This document shows positions 9,547-18,411 of a stretch of 32,693 bases of DNA, piece by piece (within the stretch, counting starts at the first letter, position 1; the number at the start of each line of letters is the position of its first letter). Where the stretch lies: the NCBI GenBank assembly GCA_041586955.1, contig JBFGZE010000028.1, forward strand, positions 1 to 32,693, given 5' to 3'. The stretch is from Bacteriovoracaceae bacterium. Its GTDB lineage: Bacteria; Bdellovibrionota; Bacteriovoracia; Bacteriovoracales; Bacteriovoracaceae. The notes under the pieces were generated by a model, which made no database searches, was not told the DNA's origin, and was given only the letters and a program-made list of their open reading frames with translations. A program made the translations under genes and the position numbers.

Positions 9547-10242
9547 ATGAGTCTTCATATCAATGCCAAACCCGGTGATATCGCTGAAACAATTCTGCTC
9601 CCCGGAGATCCTCTTAGGGCAAAATTTATTGCAGAAAAATTTTTGAATCATTCCCAATGTTTTAATGAAGTAAGAGGTATGTATGGGTATACCGGTTTTT
9701 ATAAAGGGAAAAGAGTCAGCGTTATGGGCTCTGGTATGGGACAGGCGTCCCTTGGTATTTATGTCAACGAGTTAATTGATGATTATCGGGTGAAAAATAT
9801 CATCCGCGTGGGCTCCTGTGGAAGTTATCAAAAAGAGGTTAACGTCCGAGATATTATCCTGGCGCAATCCGCCTCCACCGATGCCGCCCATAATAAAAAG
9901 ATTTTTAAGAGTATGGATTTTGCTCCTTGTGCAAATTTTAACCTCCTTCTGAAGGCACATAATTATGCACAAGAGAATAACATCGCCATCAAAGTGGGGA
10001 ATATTCTCTCCTCTGATACCTTTTATGATTATAATCAAGAGTCATGGAAATTATGGGCCGACTTTGGGATTTTGGCGGTAGAGATGGAATCGAACTTACT
10101 TTATAGCATTGCTGCTTTAAAAAAGGTCAACGCTCTCAGTATTTTAACCGTCAGCGATTCCCTGGTAACAGGAGAATCAACCTCGGCCCAAGAAAGGCAA
10201 TGTGACTTCATACAAATGATGGACATTGGCCTCAATATTTAA
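9547..10242 (+). CDS. deoD: Purine nucleoside phosphorylase DeoD
   Basis: MSLHINAKPGDIAETILLPGDPLRAK, GMG, RVGSCG, VEME and TVSD. The likely start is ATG 9547 rather than 9538. Confidence 0.95.
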   Translation: MSLHINAKPGDIAETILLPGDPLRAKFIAEKFLNHSQCFNEVRGMYGYTGFYKGKRVSVMGSGMGQASLGIYVNELIDDYRVKNIIRVGSCGSYQKEVNVRDIILAQSASTDAAHNKKIFKSMDFAPCANFNLLLKAHNYAQENNIAIKVGNILSSDTFYDYNQESWKLWADFGILAVEMESNLLYSIAALKKVNALSILTVSDSLVTGESTSAQERQCDFIQMMDIGLNI

Positions 10243-10247
10243 ATAAG

Positions 10248-11066
10248 TCATTTAAGACCGACAATATAGGAGTTCCAATTTAAGGAGTTTTCTTCTTCTT
10301 CGGTTGAATAATATTGGCCATTACCATAACCCTCTGCATCGCAATGCTCCCAATACACGAGGCTTTTAGAAAACCCCGCTTCCTCCAAACAATCCCTTAA
10401 CTCTGGGATTGACCAATGGCGAAAGTGATAATGAAAGGCCTTCAGCAATTGAGGCCCTTCATCATATTTGAAGTTAATAGTATAATTGGCCAAGCGATTG
10501 ACAGGATTAAAGTCTTCTCTCACAAACTCAAAAAGAAAGGGTGCAATATAGTCGCTATTATCAATATGGCGCTCTTGTACTTCGGGTATTTCACTATCAC
10601 TGCCACCAAAAATATCGAGAATAAGAAGACCTTTATCGTTAAGAGAGGCATGGCAATGGCGAAAGTATTCGACCAGCTCACTTCGTTTATGAATCAAACA
10701 ATATGAAAAATTAAAAGCGGCGATTAAATCCACCTTCACTGTTGTGGATATTGAATTTTGCCTTAGAACAGTTAGCCTTTCCTGCTCTCCCTTTGTTAAA
10801 TGAGCGAGGTAATTCTTCTTTCCGTAACTTAATGCCTCTTCATCAATATCGAGCGCTAAGGCCGAACGCTCTCGCGCTGATTGAACAAAACAACAACTAA
10901 GAGCAAAGGTACCACTAAAGTCTTCTCTTAAAGACATGGCGGCCTTATCATACACTTCCATAAAAATATCATTCATTCTTTGGACATCACTAAGAGGGTC
11001 CTGAACAGAGGCCAAATAAAGTGCGTGTTTATCTTCGATCATGAGTTTTTCTGTCATTTTATCCAC
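10248..11066 (-). CDS. Class I SAM-dependent methyltransferase
   Basis: LREDFSGT motif-I variant, ALDID acidic motif, AFNFSY, and L..KGLLILD. Confidence 0.75.
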   Translation of the reverse strand: MDKMTEKLMIEDKHALYLASVQDPLSDVQRMNDIFMEVYDKAAMSLREDFSGTFALSCCFVQSARERSALALDIDEEALSYGKKNYLAHLTKGEQERLTVLRQNSISTTVKVDLIAAFNFSYCLIHKRSELVEYFRHCHASLNDKGLLILDIFGGSDSEIPEVQERHIDNSDYIAPFLFEFVREDFNPVNRLANYTINFKYDEGPQLLKAFHYHFRHWSIPELRDCLEEAGFSKSLVYWEHCDAEGYGNGQYYSTEEEENSLNWNSYIVGLK

Positions 11067-11315
11067 ATCTATTGATTCAATTTAATTAACTTACCCATAA
11101 CATTAATTCTCAATCTTTTCAGTAAAAGAGTCATAAATTAATCTCAAGTACCAAAAGATTGGAAAGGCTTCCCTTGGAAAAGACGCCCAACGCCATACAG
11201 CTTTAACCACTTAAAATTGCTATACTTTTATCAAAAAGGCTATAAATCTATCAAGTATTAGTGTAAGTTAGGCTCGAATGAACGGGATTGCTGGCGTAGA
11301 ATTTTAAGGACGAAT

Positions 11316-12608
11316 ATGAATAGTATTCTGAATAAATATCGGCGACAAAGAAAAATTACAGAGTCCCTCTGTGATCATCTTGAAATTGAAGATTATGTGG
11401 TTCAAGCGTGCCCTGATGTCAGTCCCATAAAATGGCATCTCGGCCATACATCCTGGTTTTTTGATACTTTTATATTAAGGCCATTCTCTCCCTCTTACCG
11501 GCCCTTAAACTCACAATACTCGCTCCTTTTCAATTCTTATTATAAAACCTTTGGCCCACATTGGGAGCAAAGGCAACGTGGCCATTTATCACGCCCAACA
11601 GTTAATGAGATTTTTCAATATAGAAGCTGGGTCGATAATCAAATGGTCGAACTTTTAAGCAGTGGTACACCTCGCGAAAGTTTTGAGGCCATCAAAGAAT
11701 TAGTAGAATTGGGCATCAATCACGAACAACAGCATCAAGAATTAATATTAATGGATATAAAATATAACTTCTGGGTCAATCCTTTACGTCCCCATTATGC
11801 CGAACAGCTCAATAATAAAAACGCTGGGTCCAAGAATGAGAATCATATTATTCCATCCCAGTTTTTGACAATTCTTGGAGGCATGCGCAGTGTGGGAACA
11901 AAAGATAAACAACATTTTCATTTTGATAATGAAACTCCCAAACACGAACTTTATCTCACGCCATTTAATATTCAAAATCGTCTAGTCACCAATATAGAGT
12001 ATTTAGAATTCATCAATTGTGGGGGCTATGAAGATTTCAAATATTGGCATACCGATGCATGGGATATGATTCAATCGACTAAACTCAATTGTCCTTTATA
12101 TTGGGAAAATAGAGAGGGTGATTGGTACCAATTCACTCTTTACGGAATGAAAAAATTGGCTATGAATGAGCCTGTCTCTCATATCAGCTACTACGAGGCC
12201 CATGCCTACGCCCATTGGGCAGGGAAACGATTACCAACAGAAAATGAATGGGAAGTTGCCGCCAAAGAATTTGGCCTCTACCCTTCTAAAACTGACCATG
12301 TTTTAGACCGACATCAATATCATCCGAGAGAATATACCCCGCGCTCTACAAGTAATGGCATGGTTGATACCTTCGGCAACCTTTGGGAATGGACGGCAAG
12401 TGCCTACCTTCCCTACCCTGGTTATAAAAGGCGCCAAAATGCCTTAGGCGAATACAATAGCAAATTCATGGATGGCCAATATGTTCTCAAGGGAGGATCA
12501 TTTGCCACCTCAATTGACCATATTCGCAGTACCTATCGCAATTTTTATTATCCTGACAAACAATGGGCATTTACGGGTTTAAGGTTAGCGGAGGATATAG
12601 ATGAATGA
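11316..12608 (+). CDS. egtB: Ergothioneine biosynthesis sulfoxide synthase
   Basis: DinB-like domain (SPIKWHLGHTSWFF, HEQQHQE iron ligands) plus FGE-sulfatase domain (RLPTENEWE, GNLWEWT, VLKGGS). Overlaps egtD. Confidence 0.93.
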   Translation: MNSILNKYRRQRKITESLCDHLEIEDYVVQACPDVSPIKWHLGHTSWFFDTFILRPFSPSYRPLNSQYSLLFNSYYKTFGPHWEQRQRGHLSRPTVNEIFQYRSWVDNQMVELLSSGTPRESFEAIKELVELGINHEQQHQELILMDIKYNFWVNPLRPHYAEQLNNKNAGSKNENHIIPSQFLTILGGMRSVGTKDKQHFHFDNETPKHELYLTPFNIQNRLVTNIEYLEFINCGGYEDFKYWHTDAWDMIQSTKLNCPLYWENREGDWYQFTLYGMKKLAMNEPVSHISYYEAHAYAHWAGKRLPTENEWEVAAKEFGLYPSKTDHVLDRHQYHPREYTPRSTSNGMVDTFGNLWEWTASAYLPYPGYKRRQNALGEYNSKFMDGQYVLKGGSFATSIDHIRSTYRNFYYPDKQWAFTGLRLAEDIDE

Positions 12609-13599
12609 GTATATTTCTTTAAATAAACATCTACATAATCAAGATATATTTTTACGGGATCAATTTGCTCTCGACATTTTAATGGGATTCTCCTCTCCTA
12701 CAAAATTCATTAGTTCAAAGTACTTTTATGATGATCTTGGAAGCCGGTTTTTCAATCAAATTGCCGATAGCCCGGAATATTATCTTACGGCCTGTGAGTT
12801 TGAGATACTACGCTCATATAAGCAAGACATTGCGAAACAATTAGGTCCAGGGGAGTTTAATTTAATAGAGTTAGGTGCTGGGGATGGAAGAAAAACAAAA
12901 GTCCTCATTGAGGAATTTCTTCGAAGTGGTCATAAGTTTGAATACCTTCCCATTGATATTTCTGAATCGGCCATTTTCTACCTCTCTGAAGAATTTGGTA
13001 CCGAACATCAAGATTTATCATTCTTCGGAATTATTTCGGAATATGAAGAGGGATTAAGATGGATCAAAGAAAATCGTGACGGTCGAAGCTTTGTCTGCTT
13101 TCTTGGATCGAATATCGGTAATTTTGATCATGTTAACTCTCTTGCCTTCTTACGCTCTATTTGGAATACACTAAAAGATGGTGACCTCATGCTTATTGGA
13201 TTCGATTTAAAAAAAGATATTGATATTCTACTCAGTGCCTACAACGATATCGAGGGGATTACTAAAGAATTTAATTTGAATCTTTTAACACGTATCAATA
13301 AAGAATTGGGCGGAGAATTTGACCTCTCTAAGTTTGATCACTTTGGAACCTATAATCCAAAGGTCGGAGCAATGGAAAGCTATCTTATATCGCTCAGTGA
13401 TCAAACCGTTTATATTAAAGAATTACAAAAACATTTTCATTTCCAAGAATATGAGCCCATTCATTTAGAATATTCTTATAAATATCTTCAGTCTGACGTT
13501 GAAACGTTGGCCAAAAGTACTGGTTTTAAAGTCATCGATAATTTATATGACTCACAAAAGTATTTTTGTGATTCACTTTGGCAGGTTATCAAACATTAA
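12601..13599 (+). CDS. egtD: L-histidine N-alpha-methyltransferase
   Basis: SKYFYDDLGS, PEYYLT, IELGAGDGRKT, FLGSNIGNF, AYND..GIT..FNLN and EYSYKY. Confidence 0.93.
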   Translation: MNEYISLNKHLHNQDIFLRDQFALDILMGFSSPTKFISSKYFYDDLGSRFFNQIADSPEYYLTACEFEILRSYKQDIAKQLGPGEFNLIELGAGDGRKTKVLIEEFLRSGHKFEYLPIDISESAIFYLSEEFGTEHQDLSFFGIISEYEEGLRWIKENRDGRSFVCFLGSNIGNFDHVNSLAFLRSIWNTLKDGDLMLIGFDLKKDIDILLSAYNDIEGITKEFNLNLLTRINKELGGEFDLSKFDHFGTYNPKVGAMESYLISLSDQTVYIKELQKHFHFQEYEPIHLEYSYKYLQSDVETLAKSTGFKVIDNLYDSQKYFCDSLWQVIKH

Positions 13600-13668
13600 A
13601 TGATACCGGTAGAATCACTTGCATCTCATTCTTAAACTTACTCAATTCAAACCCAGAAAAGATACCTT

Positions 13669-16600
13669 TTATATAGCTTTTCCTTTTTGTAAAAATGAGT
13701 AAAGACACGGAATGAATAGCAGAGTAATGGTGGTGGAAAATGCCATTCCCCAGCCCATAACAAGCATCATCTCGGCCAACATGGAATCATATCCGGCAAG
13801 TCCATAGGCGGTAGGCAAAATGGCCACCACCGTGGTAATCGTCGTCACAACAACAGGGCGAAGGCGAGTCGACGCAGCTCTAGCAAGACCTTCTAAATAA
13901 TGCTCCCCAGGTGCTAATATATTTTTTTCAATTTTATCAATCATGATGATGGAATCATTGATCACCACTCCAATCATGCCAAGCGCCCCTACTGCCGCAA
14001 AAAAGCCATAAACACTCATTCCATGGGTGATAAGAACGATAATAGCACCGGCCAAACCAAAGGGTATTATTGATACAACTAGCAGTGGAGTAACCAAAGA
14101 ATTAAACATGATCACTAGAATTAGGTAAATTAAGATGATGACCAAAAGCAACGAATTGCGAAAATTGGAACGGGAGTCTCGTGAATCTTCAATCTCTCCT
14201 GTAAATCTCAAAATAGCACTCGGAAATTCTTTGTTAATTTTGGGAAAAATATTTTGTTCTAAGTCTTCCGCTATTTCGATGGGTGTTTTTTTTGTTTCAG
14301 GCCGCAGGTCGGCAAAAACCATCGTTGTTCTTTTATTATTAGTTCTTGCAATATTAGCCGGACGCATCACCTCTTCCATGGTAATGAATTTGTTTAAAAG
14401 AATCAGTTGTCCATTTTTATTAAGAACTTTAAGCTTTAAAAGACCTTTTAAATTTTTCTTATTCTCATCGGGTACCGTTAATCGCAACTCCACCTCTTCA
14501 TCACCTTTATTAATGGTATAAAGAGTTGATCCTTCCACAAAGGTGCGTAATGCCGTGGTCACAGATGAAGGATTGATATTAAGTCGTACCAATTTCGGTT
14601 GGTCTATTTTAAAAAGGTACTCCTTTTTAATGAGAGGCCTTTCCAGCTCGACATTATCAAGAGCTGGATTCTTTTCCATATGGTTCTTAATCATTTGAGT
14701 AATCTTACTGCGAATTTGGTCATTATTTTCTTGAACTTGTAATTCGATAGCACTTCCAGATCCACGCCCCCAACGACTTTTTAAAATCTTAACTTCTGTA
14801 AGGCCATTAATCTCTTTGCTCTTTTTTTCCCATTTCTCGCGCAATACCTTTAAAGATACATCTCTTTGATCAGCGGGAATAAGCTCTACTCTTATTCCGG
14901 CTTCATTTTCTTTAACTTCACCACCTCGGCGACTTTGACCGATTCTACTTCTCACGGCAACAATGCGACCGGGACCTTCATCCAGAAACATTTGTTCTAG
15001 GGGTGCAATGGCCTGGGCAGTTTCTAAACGTGACGCTCCTTGCTCGGCAAATGCCTTGACGTATATTTCTTTACTCTCTTCACGCGGGAACATAACAAAT
15101 TTCATCTTAGTGGCAAAAACATAACCACAACCAATAAGAACCGCGATGAAACCACAGATAATGATCAAGCGATGACGTAATAGGATCGCAAGTGTCTTGG
15201 CATAACTCGCCTCCCATTTATAAAACCAATTTCGATGGCCTCTCACCAGGTTATCTAAAATTGGTGTTTTTCCAGAAAGATGTGCCGGTAGAATAAAAAG
15301 AGATTCAATTAAACTTCCAAGTAACATAAATATCACCATCAAAGGGATATAAGATACGAATTTACCAAAATGACCTTCAAAAAAAAGAAGAGGAACAAAA
15401 GCGACACAGGTAGTAATAATACTCGCGAGAATGGGACGAAATACTTCTTGCGTGCCATCTATTGCCGCGGCAATTAATGTTTTTCCCTGGTTCACATGCC
15501 GAGAGATATTCTCGGCAATAATAATGGCATCATCAACGACGATTCCCATTACTATAATAATCCCGGCCAAAGTCATATTGTTGACAGTGTAGCCTGCTAA
15601 AAGAGCACATATAATGGTAAAAGCAAGTGAAAATGGAATTCCCATCGCTACCCAAAATCCTGATTTAATATCGAGAAAAATCATTAAAACAATAAGAATA
15701 AGTCCAAAACCAATTAACCCATTCCAATGAATAATAGATAGTCGGTTGGTAACATCAAATGATTCATCATCCATCAAATGTACTTTTATTGGCGAATCGA
15801 CATTCATTTGATTAAAGTGATTCACGAATCGAACAACCGCATCTCGTGCCGCTAAGATATCTGTCGAAACAGTTTTTTTGACATTCAATATTACAGCTTC
15901 ATGGCCATTAATTTTATGAATGGCATTAGCTCTTTCAAAACCATTGGAGATATCGGCTATTTTACTGAGCTTTAATAGAGGACCTTCATAGGAACCTTTT
16001 AAGGCGAGATCGTTAAGTGATTCCACAGTATCGAGTTCATGCAAGGCGGTGACCTTTGACTCTCCACGATCATTTAATGAACCTATGGGCGATCTAATAT
16101 GATTGGAGCGGATTTGGTTATAAATTTCCGTTATGGAGATTTCAAAGTTATCAAGCTCCCTCGGTCTTAAAAGAACCTGTAGTTCTGGCGCGAGGTAACC
16201 AGATTTTGAAACACTACTCACTTGCGGAAGAGATAATATTTGATTTTCAAAAGTAAGGGCGTACTGTTGCAGCTCTCTACGCCCACCAGCATCTAAAAAT
16301 TGATGTTCTCGATGCACTAAGGCGATATCAATAATCGCCTTTTCGCTCGAGCGAAACTGGTGAAATGTCGGAATTTTACGCACCTCTGTGGGTAAATTAG
16401 TTCGTAAAACTGCATCCTTTATATCTTGAATAACCTGCTGCTTGTTGGGTGCATTGGAATCGATAAAAATACGAAAGGAGCTACTCCCAAGACTTGAGGT
16501 GCTTTGTACCTCTTCAAGTCCGCTGACCGACTTTAGTTGTTCCTCAATGGGCTTAGTAATAAATAATTCGACGTCCGCAGCAGGGGCACCAGGATAATGA

Positions 16601-16752
16601 GTCACGACCCGGATCCAGTCCATGGCAAACTCTGGCATTTCTTCTTTTCCTATTCGCCACCATGCCAAGATGGAAAGCATAATAATGCCGAAAAAGAGAA
16701 CGTTTGTTAATAAGTGTTTTGTCGCAAAGTAGCGGATAAGTTTATTCATCAT
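13669..16752 (-). CDS. RND transporter permease subunit (AcrB/AcrD/AcrF family)
   Basis: 1027 aa with YPGA...VE..ITKPIE, TM4 GIVVDDAIIIAENI, TM10 GVVINDSI and RLRPVVVTT. Confidence 0.93.
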   Translation of the reverse strand: MMNKLIRYFATKHLLTNVLFFGIIMLSILAWWRIGKEEMPEFAMDWIRVVTHYPGAPAADVELFITKPIEEQLKSVSGLEEVQSTSSLGSSSFRIFIDSNAPNKQQVIQDIKDAVLRTNLPTEVRKIPTFHQFRSSEKAIIDIALVHREHQFLDAGGRRELQQYALTFENQILSLPQVSSVSKSGYLAPELQVLLRPRELDNFEISITEIYNQIRSNHIRSPIGSLNDRGESKVTALHELDTVESLNDLALKGSYEGPLLKLSKIADISNGFERANAIHKINGHEAVILNVKKTVSTDILAARDAVVRFVNHFNQMNVDSPIKVHLMDDESFDVTNRLSIIHWNGLIGFGLILIVLMIFLDIKSGFWVAMGIPFSLAFTIICALLAGYTVNNMTLAGIIIVMGIVVDDAIIIAENISRHVNQGKTLIAAAIDGTQEVFRPILASIITTCVAFVPLLFFEGHFGKFVSYIPLMVIFMLLGSLIESLFILPAHLSGKTPILDNLVRGHRNWFYKWEASYAKTLAILLRHRLIIICGFIAVLIGCGYVFATKMKFVMFPREESKEIYVKAFAEQGASRLETAQAIAPLEQMFLDEGPGRIVAVRSRIGQSRRGGEVKENEAGIRVELIPADQRDVSLKVLREKWEKKSKEINGLTEVKILKSRWGRGSGSAIELQVQENNDQIRSKITQMIKNHMEKNPALDNVELERPLIKKEYLFKIDQPKLVRLNINPSSVTTALRTFVEGSTLYTINKGDEEVELRLTVPDENKKNLKGLLKLKVLNKNGQLILLNKFITMEEVMRPANIARTNNKRTTMVFADLRPETKKTPIEIAEDLEQNIFPKINKEFPSAILRFTGEIEDSRDSRSNFRNSLLLVIILIYLILVIMFNSLVTPLLVVSIIPFGLAGAIIVLITHGMSVYGFFAAVGALGMIGVVINDSIIMIDKIEKNILAPGEHYLEGLARAASTRLRPVVVTTITTVVAILPTAYGLAGYDSMLAEMMLVMGWGMAFSTTITLLFIPCLYSFLQKGKAI

Positions 16753-16807
16753 TCAACTATAACTGCCATGATACGATCGTTCTAGCCTGAACAGTAAAAA
16801 ATTAAAC

Positions 16808-18259
16808 CTATAGAGATGTTAGTCTTTTTAGTTGACCAGACTTTTGCAGAAACCGGATAATAAAACGTTCGAGCGATATTTGTGATTTTTTATAATCAAT
16901 ATCTGTTTTTAACACTTCTTCATATTGAGTATTATAATCGTAAACAGATAAACTTCCCTGTTGTAGCTTCTTTTCATAAAAGCCAAGCTTCTCTTTAAGG
17001 AGACCGACCATCTTTTTATAGTTCATGACGATTTGCATTTGTTTTTTAATTTTTGCAACACCTTCTTTCAAATCAATTTCTTGCTCGAAGCGCGTTTTTT
17101 GTAACAATAATTTCTTTTGTTTCCAAAGAGCTTCCTTCATTAAACGTGACGATTTGGCCGCATAATTATGAACCGCTCGCTCCATAGTGAGTCCATAATT
17201 GGTTGTGGGAAATTGCCCCTCCCATACTTCTTTTTGCGCTAAACTATAGGTTTCTCGAACTCCGGCAAGTTTATAACTAGCACTCAAATCCATAGAGGGA
17301 AAGGAATCTCCTTTGGCCCAGGAAAATTCCCGCTTTGCTAAATTGACCTCTTCCATTCTTTTTTTCACTTCTGGGGAGTTATCGATTAGTTCTTTAAGGT
17401 CCCCCAGGCCTTTATCAATTTTTTTCCAATCTGAAACAAAGCCAAATTCTTTATCATATTTCCAAGGGTATTCTGTTTTTTGAAATAATTCTTGAGAAAT
17501 ATCTGCTGTAATTTTTTGAAATTTAATTTTTTGGTTTTCAAGCTTTTCTTGCGCTTTAAACAAATTAATTTGAGCATCGTTTTTTTGTATCAGAGATGCC
17601 TTTCCAAGAGAGAATTTCTTGACCATTAATTGAAATTTTTTTTCACCATTAATATAGGCCTGCTTTTTTAGATCCAATTGAAAAAGAGCATCCAATCCAT
17701 CGAGGTATTTTTCTATCAGTTTCACAATTAATTTACTTTGATCAATTTCGCTCTTCAATTGTCCCGTCCTGTCCTTCACAATGGCCTTATCATACTTTTT
17801 AGAGAAACGACCCCAATAAAAAAGATCTCTTAAGTCTTGCTCTAAGCTAAAGGTCAAAGATGGCTCGAAGGTTTTTTCAATACTACGAAATGTCGAGTTG
17901 GAATTGATAATATCAAGGCCATAAGGGACGCGAATAGTTGTTCCTGAGTAAAAGGACTTCGACATCGTTAGTCCATAACTTTGAGTTTTAGCAATAACTG
18001 AAGATGCGCCCCCGGCCCCGTCAAGAGACGAGCTACTGGGAGTGTTCGCTTTTGTATACCCTGCTTCTAAGCTGACATTAATATCAAATAATTCTGAGGC
18101 GCTAAGAACCTCTGAGCGACTGATATCAAGATCTAATTTCTTTTCTTGAAGCCCAAGGTTATTGCGACCAACGAGATCAAAAAAGACCTTTTTTGAGATA
18201 ATAAGCTCTTTTCCCAGAATACCCGAGAAAAACAAACAGAAAACACCAATAATATTCAT
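16808..18259 (-). CDS. TolC family outer membrane channel (paralogue 1)
   Basis: Two-fold repeat of helix / beta-hairpin / helix, with FPSMDLSASY and GKAS / GSLS turn motifs. The likely start is ATG 18259 (MNIIGVFCLFFSGILG signal peptide), not 18376. Confidence 0.8.
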   Translation of the reverse strand: MNIIGVFCLFFSGILGKELIISKKVFFDLVGRNNLGLQEKKLDLDISRSEVLSASELFDINVSLEAGYTKANTPSSSSLDGAGGASSVIAKTQSYGLTMSKSFYSGTTIRVPYGLDIINSNSTFRSIEKTFEPSLTFSLEQDLRDLFYWGRFSKKYDKAIVKDRTGQLKSEIDQSKLIVKLIEKYLDGLDALFQLDLKKQAYINGEKKFQLMVKKFSLGKASLIQKNDAQINLFKAQEKLENQKIKFQKITADISQELFQKTEYPWKYDKEFGFVSDWKKIDKGLGDLKELIDNSPEVKKRMEEVNLAKREFSWAKGDSFPSMDLSASYKLAGVRETYSLAQKEVWEGQFPTTNYGLTMERAVHNYAAKSSRLMKEALWKQKKLLLQKTRFEQEIDLKEGVAKIKKQMQIVMNYKKMVGLLKEKLGFYEKKLQQGSLSVYDYNTQYEEVLKTDIDYKKSQISLERFIIRFLQKSGQLKRLTSL

Positions 18260-18411
18260 AAGGCTACCTAGATCAGTTTTTAATATTCCTATTATCCTTC
18301 CATTAAAGTTCCTGCTCAAGGTAGAAATAACTGCGAAGCGCCCAAAAAACTCCCTTTTGAGGGAAAAAAAGATCATAAAAATCTAGTGAATTCCGACAAG
18401 AAACTATCATT

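Noticed and set aside
18260..18411. 39-aa N-terminal extension of tolC1 and a sigma-28-like TCCGACAA before the M50 gene
   Set aside because: The signal peptide begins at ATG 18259, so the extension is probably divergent promoter DNA. The sigma-28 -35 spacing does not fit well.
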